From a virus (Duplodnaviria > Caudoviricetes), in the IMG/VR virus record IMGVR_UViG_3300020428_000014, positions 1 through 54,203 of that record: a stretch of 54,203 nucleotides of DNA; one strand, 5' to 3'. Below, one piece after another: positions 26,601 to 36,772 of the stretch. The notes beneath the pieces are model-generated. The model worked only from the letters and a program-made list of their open reading frames with translations. It had not been told where the DNA came from and ran no database searches. How positions within the stretch are numbered: the first letter of the stretch is position 1; every line of letters starts with the position of its first letter. A program made the position numbers and the translations under genes.

Positions 26601-27367
26601 CTTATGTCTACCGGAAAGGCCCCGTCAAGTTTGATTAGGTAGTCTCTAACGTATAGATCAGCTGTCCGGCCCTCATATTTGTCTTCAATGACAGTTGTGT
26701 ATTCTGTCTCGTTTGCATACTTGCGTAAGATCTTTACGTCTACCGAAGTAGCATAGATGTCCCCATACGTTGTGAACATCTGCAGCCTTGGGAAGCTAAG
26801 TGAAACCCGAACTGTGTCAACGTCATCGTCATAAATTCTGCGAGTCTTTGGCTCATTCTTTCTAACAGGTACGGTGCTGTCGACACTAATATCTGATTCG
26901 ATATCTCCAAAATCGTCGAATACCGCCTGGTCCTGGCTCCCTGCTCTCCAATCAATTTCAAAGCCGGAGTAGTTATAATCTGAAGCCTGCAGGCTTTCGA
27001 CATCAGCCCCGTCTTGTAGGATTGGGGAATCATTCAAATAAATATCTTTTAGCATCGCCGTGTTGTACTTGGCTACCCTCTCAGCCTCCTGCGCTGCCGA
27101 CTCAGCAATGGGTTCCCCGTTGCTATCAACTGGTGCATCCTTGTAACTCCTAGCGCTGGGGAATCCTTCAATCTCCCCTTCTGATATAAGGTCTAAAAAT
27201 GTTGCATATTGCTTTGACGCCAGGCTGTCAGGTGTCCTTACTGGAGCACGAGGGGGTGGGGCGCTTGGCGCTTGCTGGATGATTGTTTGGTGAACAACCG
27301 GTGCTGGTCTTTTTGTCTTTTTCTTTTTCTTGTTACCGCCAGAACCTGCAGGAAATACTTTGGTCAT
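23627..27367 (-). CDS. Tail tip / host specificity protein (lambda gpJ-like)
   Basis: LDLISEGEIEG, LRYPNSAL, WDGTF, EPRFSCNG, CTSRTQARR and FN3-like domains. Confidence 0.93.
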   Translation of the reverse strand: MTKVFPAGSGGNKKKKKTKRPAPVVHQTIIQQAPSAPPPRAPVRTPDSLASKQYATFLDLISEGEIEGFPSARSYKDAPVDSNGEPIAESAAQEAERVAKYNTAMLKDIYLNDSPILQDGADVESLQASDYNYSGFEIDWRAGSQDQAVFDDFGDIESDISVDSTVPVRKNEPKTRRIYDDDVDTVRVSLSFPRLQMFTTYGDIYATSVDVKILRKYANETEYTTVIEDKYEGRTADLYVRDYLIKLDGAFPVDIRVERVTDDATDENTQDEFFWTVITHIVNQRLRYPNSALVATRVDASEFGAVPNRSFKIRGIKVPIPTGTTVDQDNGRIIYPENFIWDGTFQVPQWTTCPSMLLLELLTNRTFGFGDHIQLAQLDRWSFFEASKYCCELINKGDGSTETEPRFSCNGVLRNADSAYKLINDLSSVFRCMAYWSTGSIQISQDRPRDSTFLFNSDNVLQEGFLYRNASQKTRHTVVTVSYFNMDLRQVDYVVAEDQDGVRKWGVIQTEIKAFCCTSRTQARRLARWLLYTESAESEICEFKTSIGPGTVVRPGSIITIADQTKTGQVSSGRVLMIARGEDQGTIMNSLPVSALVSISGDIPQDATFDKFTYVTRGGMVRSRPVRGVMCPPMTFPHAEANRAATVVVDIQDLESEEWPVVGVPYALEEAGGVTEGSKWRVLSVIEEDDGVYGITAMAHDSSKYAHIEASEPLQERVVFTMSPEPESPSGLTLVEKFYIGNENRVKTKICASWEAVEGAQRYRVMYRQEGANWDLTEVASPSCEITEIAVGEIYEIRVFAVSSGLFQSANYASATITTYGKTEPPLDVEKLSAAVVVTDRVTEDSDATAIRIVELSWDESIDLDVINGGHVRIHKATSAANVWEESVLVATANGAATTIQIPASADAQTYLVCFEDDGGRVSANPAVATIETLARMDERLLTVAEFDLPNGTKKLFPGHPTLEVVDTPLARKWSGKYWRLGVDPSKAPSGGLMIVGQAKIFDTNGTMDSNGNIDLMGASPKTGLFTSDLTFEPTAGTWDFAFEQTVTTGQHGAIEVDNIDPELAIDNWMYFDSKDTQKSRIETGLHKLDSLVNIGFQGITGAQRSGITTLVSGHTYYLWLEIDSYDTLQGRIDRQLAQRGYPTLLQLIRKDGVGSSRTTVNECTIKLKLARRETGVVVVQTPGLTAGATQWLDFSYGFYIPPTVILLDSSTVTLTSVERGRFMVTASSATAEIRYVASGYGKNKA

Positions 27368-28050
27368 TTTTTCATTTGATAAGTGTCCAAGCCAGCGCTG
27401 ATGGTTACACTGCCCACTACCATTTCCCCTAATACAACAGGAATTGGAACTCCAGCTTTAGATGTATTGTTTAAGCCTGAGAAGTTATAACTTTCTTCGT
27501 CTGGATCAAGCTCAGTCCCTCGAGTTGAATTGTATCCACCTGCAGTGCCAGAGGCCGGCAATCCGGCCAATGATGACCCCGATGAACCTATAGATGGAAC
27601 CGGACTGACTAATTGCGCGACACCACCCAGGACTAATGAGGCTCCAATGGAGCCGATCATCCCAGCTACTGTCCCCCCAAAGAACGCTGATTGGAGACCT
27701 GCTGCAGCAAATCCAAGGGGTCCCAGGAACACTGCTGCTGCAACGAGCACTACTCCGGCGATGATTGATCCTACGGAGCCGAAGAAGTCGCCAACGTCAC
27801 CCCCATGCCCTGTCTGAACAGGAATGATTTTGAATACATCAGCTGCTGTTGGATGGTGCAGCCCTTCTTCCTCTGTCGCTCTATCCCCTGCAACGACTGT
27901 GAACCACCCAGTGTTAAACCTCCCCTCCAGTTGAGGGAAGTTACTCAGCAAGAAACGAACAGCCTCCGCGGCTGTACTTACAGAAGCATAAAAAGACCTT
28001 TGCCCGCACAGCCGTTTTAAATAACCATAAAGCCTTATCTCCTTCAGCAT
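27364..28050 (-). CDS. Tail assembly protein (gpI-like)
   Basis: IRLYG.L, EAVRFL and ESYNFSG..NT...GVPIPVV.GE..VGS motifs. Confidence 0.9.
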   Translation of the reverse strand: MLKEIRLYGYLKRLCGQRSFYASVSTAAEAVRFLLSNFPQLEGRFNTGWFTVVAGDRATEEEGLHHPTAADVFKIIPVQTGHGGDVGDFFGSVGSIIAGVVLVAAAVFLGPLGFAAAGLQSAFFGGTVAGMIGSIGASLVLGGVAQLVSPVPSIGSSGSSLAGLPASGTAGGYNSTRGTELDPDEESYNFSGLNNTSKAGVPIPVVLGEMVVGSVTISAGLDTYQMKK

Positions 28051-28769
28051 TTCCTACTAGCGGACTTATCTATATCGTAATGTCTAATTCTGCGTATCGT
28101 TCGCTTCTGTAAATATCCACTGTACACATCTCTACTGCTAAGTCTTGCACGTAAATGGTGCAAAATATCTCCATTGCCTAAATACACTGCCATATGATCT
28201 GGCTTCACCCCTGTCAATCCCATCAATAGACAGTCACCCTTTTGCAGCTGTTCGTCCTCTTCTAATTCATAAAAACCTGTCTCTTTCCAGCAGTCGTCAA
28301 AGTATGGCCTGCGCTCAAATTCCTCTGGTGTTGTGGTTCTCTCCCAATCTCTAAGCTTGATACCCTGCTCTCCGAACCAATCCCTCACCAAAGTCCAACA
28401 GTCCGTAACATTCCATACCCACTGCCTGCCTATCAATGGCGCGGAATACCCGCACGGCTTGTAAGATGCCCAGCTCTTTTTGAACGGGTTAACCACTCTC
28501 CATTCAAGATCTCCTTTCTCGCAGCATACTTTATCGGCGATACTTAGTTCAGGCCCTGTTGTTGGATGTGAATGGACAACATATCTAATCTCACCTTCGT
28601 CTTCACACCTGGCCCAATGCTCTGGATTCAGCGTGAACTCTTCCTCGTCGTCAGACATGTTTTCACATGGGAAGTACTGCAATCGACCGCTAATTACTAC
28701 AACTAACCCGCAGCTTTCTCTGGGGGCTTCTTCTAATGCATGAACAATTGCGTCGTCTTCCCAGGTCAT
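28044..28769 (-). CDS. Tail assembly protein gpK-like (JAB/MPN plus NlpC/P60)
   Basis: PRESCG, VVHSHP, DCWTLVRDW and HMAVYLG..ILHH motifs. Confidence 0.92.
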   Translation of the reverse strand: MTWEDDAIVHALEEAPRESCGLVVVISGRLQYFPCENMSDDEEEFTLNPEHWARCEDEGEIRYVVHSHPTTGPELSIADKVCCEKGDLEWRVVNPFKKSWASYKPCGYSAPLIGRQWVWNVTDCWTLVRDWFGEQGIKLRDWERTTTPEEFERRPYFDDCWKETGFYELEEDEQLQKGDCLLMGLTGVKPDHMAVYLGNGDILHHLRARLSSRDVYSGYLQKRTIRRIRHYDIDKSASRKC

Positions 28770-31600
28770 TAAACGAGGAATGTGCCTACCCCAGGATAAG
28801 AGCCAAATGGTAGTTCACCTACACGATCTTGAGGCCCAATTAATACGTTTCCATCTGAATCCTTAAAACGCAACTTGCAGCTAGACAATAGCTTTCCGCA
28901 TTTGTCTCCACTTGTTTTTACGTCTGCAGCATAGGTGGCTGAGGCTTGCCAGGCTTGCAATGCTGCATCACGAGCTGCTACCGCTGGCTGCCATGATTGC
29001 GTGATATGAGCGTCATAGGCAGCTTGCGCTTGATTGTAATTATTAGCAGCCTGAATACTTCCGACCGCTTGATACTTATCTAACTTGTACTTCTTCTCCC
29101 CTGGCTTGTAAAATCCGTCATCATCTTGTCCCTCCACTGTCTCCTCTACTAAATCTCCTTTCCTGTAGATCTGGCTTAGGCTTACCATGTTACCTGCTTC
29201 ATAAGCTGTTAGCTCTTCGTACTCATCCTCTATCACATATGTATCATTATCAATAAACGAACTACTTGCAAGTGCCCATGTCGTCGCCTCAGCAGCATTC
29301 ATAAGGTCAACCTTCTCTTGTACGATATCTCTTAATTGAACAAGTTGTTGCTTGGATGTTGCGAGTGCTGCCTTGGCGTTGTAATAATTATTAGCCAGCT
29401 GATTGCCCGGGATGCTAGTGATCAGTTGATCGTCTTCGTCAGCACATGGTGCGCCACTGTACGAGCATTCCCCCGATCGATAGGTCCACTGGCATATGTT
29501 TGGAACGCACTGTCTCTTGGGGCTTCGGATCCCATGGAGATCGAGTTTGGCAGATAGCTCAAACTGAACATAATCTCGTGTCTCTGCTGCTTTTCTGTCT
29601 ATTACATATGACTCCATTGGGAATTCCGTGTCAGGTGATGGTGAGTTCCAACTGGGGGCCTGTCCTGCTGGCCAAGTAGCCGCATCCAGGAACTCGGCCA
29701 TTGTCCGTCGTCGTATAAACTTTGCGCCGTTTAAGTCGTTATTTGGTGTCGTCAGGCGGGAAGCATTCATTAATGCCGTAATGGCCCCATCTAAATTATT
29801 AATTGTTACGCTAGGGCGTGGTAGTTGTGTATTTGTGTACTCAAAACCTTCAGCCTTTACAGGTAGAGGCACATACGAAACACCCCGCCACATGATTGGC
29901 CTGTCATCATTTGTCTGCCCTGGGTAAAAGTAAAATGCTTGATTGCTTCCATGGATGTCTTCTACTAATGTCAACTCATAGAGTTCAATGATCGCGCTAG
30001 GCGATGAATCGACTAAAGCCTCAAATACCGCACTTTCTGCCGCCCACAACGCCCCTCTCTTGAGTTCTACGGTTCCGCTATTTGCTGTTGTTACCTCAAC
30101 TGAGACTGAATATGTATTGCCGTCGATTGCTGTAAGCGTTATGCCGGAGACTGTTGGATTGAATCCCCCGATATATGTAAACCCTGTCTGAAACTTGCTA
30201 GTGTGGCCTCCAGCATTAGCGGCTGCGACCAAGTCGGCAGCGATATCTGGAAATCCTGTCCTACTACTAGCTACTGTGACTTCAAAGCTATCAGAAGCGG
30301 CAATGGTGTAGTAATTTATTTTGATTTTATCGCCAACGTCAAATATCCCATCAAATGGCATTTCATAGTGACTTCGTCCCTGCGAATCGGCCGGCGTTTC
30401 TTCTACAAATCCTTCTAAAGGGATTCCGTTGTCTTCCCTGTAGGCAATAGTTGGCCAGGCAGGTTCCGTTGCCCCGGTGTAGCCCGACCGTTTACAAACA
30501 AACACTAGGCCGAGTCTTGAATCAATGGTGTTCGTCTTAATCTTTGAACCAGCTGCAACATTGGTTCCAGCCGCCCAAGTGCTCAGCGATCCAGTGCCTT
30601 GGTAGTTTGAACCTCCATACATGAAGGCTGTGGAGCCAAGGCCAAGAGTGAAATTATTGTAGAGGATGCAATTTGCGTTATCAGAAAGCGCTGGGAGAAA
30701 GTTCTGTGGTGGCCCTACTTGTCGCCAGTTATATTGTGCGCCCCAGATGTGCAGAGCTTTTCGGTATGTGTAATCACGATCTAGTGTTGGTTCGTTGTTG
30801 ACGTGCCACACCCATGTGTTTTGTGTCCTGTTATGCTCCAGCATGTAGTTGCCAGGATTCGTGACGACCATCGTCTTTTCGTTCGGTCTTGATGAGTTAT
30901 CACCCTGAGCGACTCCGATCACTGGGAATTTGTCGGTAAAGCTACTTGGCATCCCATAAGGCAATGAGATATCCGCAGCCTCTTCAAAATTGGGGCTAGA
31001 GCCAATTAGGAAATAGTAATAAGTAATGTGGTCTTGGTCACTACAACTGATCGTTTCTCCGTCTTCTTCATATGTTTGCCCTGTCAGGTCTTCGTCAACA
31101 ATAAATACCTCTCTGACACAGTCTGGCCCTATCGCTTCTTGCCTTGTTCGTGTCTCTATCCTCAACCACAGAAACTTAAAAGGTAAGTCTGTCCCTTCGC
31201 TCCTGTATCGATATACCTTCGTCGCTTCTGAGCTGTTGTTGCCCGTATACACATGGAGAGAGTCAGAGTTTGGGCCAGCCTGTGGCCCGAAATAAACCTT
31301 CTCGCCTTCTACCTTGTAGCTTGATAATTGAGCACTTCCTGTAATATTCTCTACGTTAAATCCCAGGGTTTCGTAGTCTGGTGATGTTATCTCTACGATC
31401 TGGCCAGTCCAAGTGCTGCCAATGTAGTTGCCGGTGTTGTTCCAGCTATCAGCAGGTGGAATACTTTTTAGCTCGCCATATCCATACTTGGGGAATCGTC
31501 TTGCCGCCAGTGGTACTGGACTAAAGTACCTGTTGCATGGGGAATATGTATCTCCTTCCCAAGCCGAGTTGGAAGTACCGCCAGGTGGGATTACAATCAT
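28769..31600 (-). CDS. Minor tail protein gpL-like with large extensions
   Basis: AIIELYEL, YVPLPVKAEGFE, PRP, CQWTYRSGEC...DKCGKLLSSCKLRF and LPFGSYPG motifs; 943 aa. Confidence 0.85.
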   Translation of the reverse strand: MIVIPPGGTSNSAWEGDTYSPCNRYFSPVPLAARRFPKYGYGELKSIPPADSWNNTGNYIGSTWTGQIVEITSPDYETLGFNVENITGSAQLSSYKVEGEKVYFGPQAGPNSDSLHVYTGNNSSEATKVYRYRSEGTDLPFKFLWLRIETRTRQEAIGPDCVREVFIVDEDLTGQTYEEDGETISCSDQDHITYYYFLIGSSPNFEEAADISLPYGMPSSFTDKFPVIGVAQGDNSSRPNEKTMVVTNPGNYMLEHNRTQNTWVWHVNNEPTLDRDYTYRKALHIWGAQYNWRQVGPPQNFLPALSDNANCILYNNFTLGLGSTAFMYGGSNYQGTGSLSTWAAGTNVAAGSKIKTNTIDSRLGLVFVCKRSGYTGATEPAWPTIAYREDNGIPLEGFVEETPADSQGRSHYEMPFDGIFDVGDKIKINYYTIAASDSFEVTVASSRTGFPDIAADLVAAANAGGHTSKFQTGFTYIGGFNPTVSGITLTAIDGNTYSVSVEVTTANSGTVELKRGALWAAESAVFEALVDSSPSAIIELYELTLVEDIHGSNQAFYFYPGQTNDDRPIMWRGVSYVPLPVKAEGFEYTNTQLPRPSVTINNLDGAITALMNASRLTTPNNDLNGAKFIRRRTMAEFLDAATWPAGQAPSWNSPSPDTEFPMESYVIDRKAAETRDYVQFELSAKLDLHGIRSPKRQCVPNICQWTYRSGECSYSGAPCADEDDQLITSIPGNQLANNYYNAKAALATSKQQLVQLRDIVQEKVDLMNAAEATTWALASSSFIDNDTYVIEDEYEELTAYEAGNMVSLSQIYRKGDLVEETVEGQDDDGFYKPGEKKYKLDKYQAVGSIQAANNYNQAQAAYDAHITQSWQPAVAARDAALQAWQASATYAADVKTSGDKCGKLLSSCKLRFKDSDGNVLIGPQDRVGELPFGSYPGVGTFLV

Positions 31601-32025
31601 TACTCTTTCACCTCCCTAAATACGGCTGTAACGGTATTGTTGTTATATGAGGAGAATGTCCTGTTCCATTCGTCACATACAAATTTCTTGTATACAAATG
31701 TACCTGAGGCTAAGTCAGCAGTACTGAACGGTGTGTTTGGTTCTCTCCATGTAAATGCTGTTACTCCATTGCGATCTGACAGGAACCCTTCGATATAGTC
31801 CGCCTCATTATCTGACCTGCTGCCAAATGTCAGGTTGTAACGCTTAAGGTCATTATTCAGGCCAAACCTAAGCCGCTGTTCAGCTCCGGGGTTCTGGAAC
31901 TGCACTTTCTTGACAACTGGCTTGCTGGTTTTGCCAACGTTGTAATCAGGCAGGACATCAAAATCAAAGTAAGCATGATGCTGGTCTCGATGTCTTGTTT
32001 CGTCTGGCGTATTTGGCCAAGTCAT
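31600..32025 (-). CDS. Minor tail protein gpM-like (distal tail)
   Basis: PVVKKVQF..EQR..GLN, FL..RNG..AFTW and AVFREV motifs; follows the tape measure gene. Confidence 0.85.
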   Translation of the reverse strand: MTWPNTPDETRHRDQHHAYFDFDVLPDYNVGKTSKPVVKKVQFQNPGAEQRLRFGLNNDLKRYNLTFGSRSDNEADYIEGFLSDRNGVTAFTWREPNTPFSTADLASGTFVYKKFVCDEWNRTFSSYNNNTVTAVFREVKE

Positions 32026-35000
32026 GCGAGGAGGCCCCCTGCTCTTTTCTGCTTGATAATTTCTTGGTTTACTGCCTTCGCGATAAACCTACCAAGCTGG
32101 TTCGCTTTTGGATCATCACCACTGACCTTGCTTCCAGTGGCATCAACATTCACGTTAATCACGGTCGGTCCACTGCCGGAAGTCTCAACCCCTAGTCGCC
32201 CTCCTTTACCTCTTTTAAGTGGCAGGATCCCCTCAGGGCCTGCTTCACCAGCTACGCCGCTTTCAAGGATGCCGCCATTTTTGTAGCGGAAGAACGTTGG
32301 CGAATTAACGATGCCACCTTTTGCGTAAGGAACAATCTTGTTACCTGCAAATGCATTGCCCATTGCGCTGCCTTTAGGTACTCCAAACAAACTCCCCAAT
32401 CCGCCAGACATTGATTCCACCAACGGCTTGATCACCATGATCTGCATGATTTGCTTGGCGATGTCTTTTAGGACCGTTGCCCCAATTTCGCGCAAACTTT
32501 CACCCCAATTGTCCGTTCCTTCAATCAGTGCATCCATCGCCTGGCCCATGCCGTTGCCAATAGCATTTGCGATGCCGTTAGCCAGTTCGGCATTTCGTTC
32601 GTTGAGTCGATTTATCTCTTCTTGAGCGAACTTAGTATTTTCAAGTTCTGCATTCATTTTTAATGTTGTATTATAGTTGTTGTCAATTTTCATAAGCCTC
32701 TCGTCGTGAAGTCTGTTTATTGCTTCTTCTACTTCCTTCCTCTTTTCTGTAGTTTGAATTAGCGCTGCCTCCTTAAGCAATAACGTCTTGTCTTCATTTG
32801 CACTAGAAGTTGCCTCAGTCTTCTGCTCACCAAGATCAAATTTGAATCCCTCCTCTCGGCGTTGGCGGGCGCCCTGCAATGTATCTACCTGTCGATAACG
32901 TCTTAAGCTCCTATCACTATCCTCGACTGCTCCCCTTAATACATCTCCACGAGACATCGCCTCTGTCAAAAGTCTTGCTAGCGCTAGCATCCTTTCTTTA
33001 TCTAAGGCTTCCAACCGGGTTGCCCTTTGAGCTTGTCGCGCATTCGCATTGGGACCTGGAGCGATTGCTGTAATTAATTCGCTTACAGGCCTCGCCACAG
33101 AAATAGCGATTTCATCCCCAACATCTTTAGGGAGCCCGCCCAGAAGATTCTCAATGATCTTTTCGCCCTTCAGCCTCTTCTGGTCATATTCTCTCATCTT
33201 GTCTATATCTTCTTGCGAAGCAGTTCCTCCATAAACCAATCCCCCACCAGAACGTACGGTGGGTTCTGGTATCGGGCTTTTGCCTTTGCCTTCTCTTATC
33301 TTGTTAAACCACTCCCTGTTCGCTCTGCCCAGATATTTTTCATAAAAAGCCTCTTCAAGTTGGTTTCTTTCAATAACACCTTCTTTTAGGATTTTTCTTA
33401 TCTTCTCAGCCGACTTCTGCCTTGCTTCACTCTCCCGTTCAACTTGGTTAGCGTTCGCCTCCATTATTTGCATTTGTGTGTTCTTCGCGATATTTGCAAG
33501 CTCCTTGGCGAGTACCCTCTCCTCGTCATTAAATTGCTGCTCGATCTGTTTCCGTTCATCCTCAAACTGACGCTTAAGTTGTAGCACCTCACGCTCAAGT
33601 GCATAATTAGATCCCTCCGGGTCTTGAAGCTCACGCAGGCGAATCTCTGAATCTTCTCTAGCTCTTACGCCCCTCAAACGCAACTCCTGAAGAGCCCTTT
33701 CGCCTTGGATGATTTTCTCTTTTAAGCCTTCCTCAAGTCTTTCTATCGCTCTAAATTCAGACTTTCTGATGTTTGCAATTTCACGTTCTGTGCTTTTCCT
33801 AATGTTTTTAAGTGATTCCTCCGCCATCTTTTGTACGTCAGCGACTTGTTCTGCTGCCTTTTTCGCTTTAACGTCCGAATCGCCTACGAGATCTTTTTCA
33901 CGCTCAGCGCCAGGGAACATCAGCATGAGCTCCCTATTCGCTGCAGTCATAACCTTCGTTTCCTCTTTCAGTCTCGCAATTGCCGCACTCAGCTTGTCAA
34001 TATTACCTTTCGCCTTCTTAGCTGTGTAATTATTGTCCTCAGCAACCGCGGCCTCTACTGAGCTCAGAGCCCCTCTCAAGCCCTTGAGTGCCGCCATCCT
34101 CTGCTTGTAGGTCTCTAGTGCGTCATCCCCATCTTCGATCTTTGAGCCTTCTATGAGCTTGTCAACCTTTCCACCTAAGCCTCCAGATCTTAACTCCGCT
34201 AGGTCCCTATATGTTTGGACTGCCATCCTCGCGGCCTTCACATTAGTTCCCGATATAAAGTCCAAGAGCACATTATTAACTCTTTCCTGTGACTTAGCCC
34301 TTTCTGGCTTTGTCAACTGATCGAGTTCCTTGTTTAGTGCTATTACTTCATTTTTTGTGTTGAAGATCCTGCGCTCTAAATCACTGCCAAACACAGTGTC
34401 TTCTATGAGCCCCAAGGCCTGCAGCGCATCGGTCGTTTTCACGATGGCGTTTGTGTTTAAATCTTGCAGCTCGGCACCTATTGGCCCAATAGATCTACCA
34501 ATCGCAACCTTGGCAGATTCCATCGCTGCTGTCATTCTCGCGCCCGCCTCCTCTGTGGAAGCCGCCATCTTGTAGGCTGTCCCGGTGAACTTCTCGTCAA
34601 GCAGCTGAAGAAAACGTACATACTCATTCAGCCCTACCGTTCCCAATCTGAGATTCTTTTGTAGCTCTTGAAGATCTCCCCCATAGTTTGCTTCGGCAAA
34701 CAAAGTAACTGCGCCTGAAATCCTTTCAGCGGTTTGGCCTTGAAGTTCTTCTGCGCTGACGCGCCCTTTCGAGAAGACTTGGCTGGCAGCCAATAGTGCT
34801 CCAGCGGCATCTTCAGCGGTGCCGCCTGTTGCTTTCACAGCAGCATTGATTGACTCGAATGCCAACGCACCAACTTCATCAGCTCCACCAGCCCCTTTGA
34901 CAGCAGCAAGTAGCCGTGTGTAGCTCTTTGTTGCCTGAACAATAGGCGCATTCGCCTCAACCGCTGCCTTCCTTACAGTGTCAAGTGCGTTGCTAAATGA

Positions 35001-36428
35001 TATCTGCCCTTCCTCTGCTGACACCCCGGTTGTCGTTAGATCTCGAAGAGCGAGCTCTAGTCTTGAGACCTCAGCAGATAGTGTCGCCGTTTCTGCAATA
35101 ACCTTCCTGGCCTGCCCAAGTGTTGCGCCGACTGCTGCACCAGTGATGGCGGCCCCAGGTCCCATGATCCCAGCAAGCTCTAGTCCGCCTCCAATGGCGC
35201 CCCCTAGGAAGCCTTCAGCGCCGCCGAACACGCCGGCAGCCAGAGCTGTTCCCACTACAGAGCTTATTTGCTGTCCCCTCTGCCCCCTGCTCCGCGTACC
35301 CTTTTCCAGAGTCTTGTCATATAACTCGATCTGCCTTCTTGTTTTTTTGTAAGCCTTGCTGTTTACATCTAATGTGCGACTAATTTTTTCAAGCTCATTC
35401 CTTTGGAAGCTAATTGAGTCAACAGTCTGTTTACTACTCTTTCCTAGTTGATTTATCTCCTTGACTACATCATCAGCAGTGATCTGCATCTGCGCGTTAG
35501 ATGCGGCGGCCTTCCTTTGTTCTCTTGCAAAACCTTGTACTGCTTGTCTTGATTCATTCAACTGGTTCTTGTAACCCGTAAGATCAACCTCTCCTGGCGT
35601 CACTGTCTTCCGCGGCCAGGGTGATGCTGGCCCCTGCCCACTTGCTGTACGAGCCGCTACCTCTTCACTTTTCAGTCCCTGTACTGCAAGATTATATTCT
35701 CTCCCGGCCAGTGATCGCCCACCTGTGTATCCGTAGTAGGTCTGTCCTGCCCTTCGATACTCCCTCCCGCCGCGCTCGTTTGGGATGTTGAAGGTTGTTT
35801 GTCCTTTTCTATAAGCCCCTTTGTACGAACTTTCACCAGCAGCTGGCAACGCCAGTGTGCGATTCAGCTCACCAGATGTTCGTGCGCCTTGAGGGTAAAT
35901 CCCGGCTGCCCTCATGAAGTCAGCTCCGCCAGGTGTCCCCTGGTTTGCCATCATCATTTGCCTTCGGGCCAGCTGCCCTCTCCCTCCGTGCAGATAAGAG
36001 CTAAATCGGGCTTGGAAATCAACTGCTGCTGCGCTAGCAGCTGCTGCGTTTTTCTGGGCTATTGTTAGGTCTCGTACAGCCTTAGTGTGCGCCCTGGTCC
36101 TCTCCGTCGCTCGACTTAGCGAATCAGACTGAGGCTTAAGCCTTTTTGTGACATCACTAATTACACGCCCTAGCTCTGTATATTCCTTGCTACCTCTTGC
36201 TACGTGATCCCTTACATTCTCTAGTACTGCTAACGATCCACGGAGTTCAGCTGTAGTTGCCTTGCTGTTGGCAGCCATCCTTGACGCGGCGGCCCTTAAG
36301 TCGTCAAGGCTTTTCTGCGCTGGTACAACACTATTTTTTAATGCGCCTAGTGCCTTGCTTAGGCTCGCTACTTTCTCCTGGCCAAGAACCTCGGCCCTTA
36401 TATCAACTTTTACTTCTCTTTTTGCCAC
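32022..36428 (-). CDS. Tape measure protein
   Basis: 1468 aa, helical; QVFSKGRVSAEELQGQ tape-measure domain; C-terminal AKGG...GEAGPEGILPL. Confidence 0.95.
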   Translation of the reverse strand: MAKREVKVDIRAEVLGQEKVASLSKALGALKNSVVPAQKSLDDLRAAASRMAANSKATTAELRGSLAVLENVRDHVARGSKEYTELGRVISDVTKRLKPQSDSLSRATERTRAHTKAVRDLTIAQKNAAAASAAAVDFQARFSSYLHGGRGQLARRQMMMANQGTPGGADFMRAAGIYPQGARTSGELNRTLALPAAGESSYKGAYRKGQTTFNIPNERGGREYRRAGQTYYGYTGGRSLAGREYNLAVQGLKSEEVAARTASGQGPASPWPRKTVTPGEVDLTGYKNQLNESRQAVQGFAREQRKAAASNAQMQITADDVVKEINQLGKSSKQTVDSISFQRNELEKISRTLDVNSKAYKKTRRQIELYDKTLEKGTRSRGQRGQQISSVVGTALAAGVFGGAEGFLGGAIGGGLELAGIMGPGAAITGAAVGATLGQARKVIAETATLSAEVSRLELALRDLTTTGVSAEEGQISFSNALDTVRKAAVEANAPIVQATKSYTRLLAAVKGAGGADEVGALAFESINAAVKATGGTAEDAAGALLAASQVFSKGRVSAEELQGQTAERISGAVTLFAEANYGGDLQELQKNLRLGTVGLNEYVRFLQLLDEKFTGTAYKMAASTEEAGARMTAAMESAKVAIGRSIGPIGAELQDLNTNAIVKTTDALQALGLIEDTVFGSDLERRIFNTKNEVIALNKELDQLTKPERAKSQERVNNVLLDFISGTNVKAARMAVQTYRDLAELRSGGLGGKVDKLIEGSKIEDGDDALETYKQRMAALKGLRGALSSVEAAVAEDNNYTAKKAKGNIDKLSAAIARLKEETKVMTAANRELMLMFPGAEREKDLVGDSDVKAKKAAEQVADVQKMAEESLKNIRKSTEREIANIRKSEFRAIERLEEGLKEKIIQGERALQELRLRGVRAREDSEIRLRELQDPEGSNYALEREVLQLKRQFEDERKQIEQQFNDEERVLAKELANIAKNTQMQIMEANANQVERESEARQKSAEKIRKILKEGVIERNQLEEAFYEKYLGRANREWFNKIREGKGKSPIPEPTVRSGGGLVYGGTASQEDIDKMREYDQKRLKGEKIIENLLGGLPKDVGDEIAISVARPVSELITAIAPGPNANARQAQRATRLEALDKERMLALARLLTEAMSRGDVLRGAVEDSDRSLRRYRQVDTLQGARQRREEGFKFDLGEQKTEATSSANEDKTLLLKEAALIQTTEKRKEVEEAINRLHDERLMKIDNNYNTTLKMNAELENTKFAQEEINRLNERNAELANGIANAIGNGMGQAMDALIEGTDNWGESLREIGATVLKDIAKQIMQIMVIKPLVESMSGGLGSLFGVPKGSAMGNAFAGNKIVPYAKGGIVNSPTFFRYKNGGILESGVAGEAGPEGILPLKRGKGGRLGVETSGSGPTVINVNVDATGSKVSGDDPKANQLGRFIAKAVNQEIIKQKRAGGLLA

Positions 36429-36433
36429 CTTGT

Positions 36434-36772
36434 TTACTCCGAAGAGTTCATAATGCCAAGAGCAGCTGCCTCCATTGTCTGTATTCCTTCAAATACAGAA
36501 CGGGCATTCTCCCCCTTAATTGAGTATAAACGGCACAGCCATTCTAAGGATTGATAATTCAATCCAACGTATGCGCCCATTTCGACTAACCACTGGGTTT
36601 GCATTCGTAGAAACATTATGACAATGTCCCAGTTATCATCTAAGACTTCGTATTCCTTTTCGCTGCTAGAGATTACGACATTAAACACTGCCGCGTCGCC
36701 TTCTAAGCTTTTCTGGGCCGCAGAACCACCACGGGCCCAATACTTAGCGGCGCCCTCTAGGTTTGCTTTTTT
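36434..36772 (-). CDS. Tail assembly chaperone, T portion of the G-T frameshift product
   Basis: The -1 frame is open from the slippery site to stop 36434; NWD....F..MQTQW...GLNY...IQTMEAAAL motif. Confidence 0.8.
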   Translation of the reverse strand, partial: KKANLEGAAKYWARGGSAAQKSLEGDAAVFNVVISSSEKEYEVLDDNWDIVIMFLRMQTQWLVEMGAYVGLNYQSLEWLCRLYSIKGENARSVFEGIQTMEAAALGIMNSSE

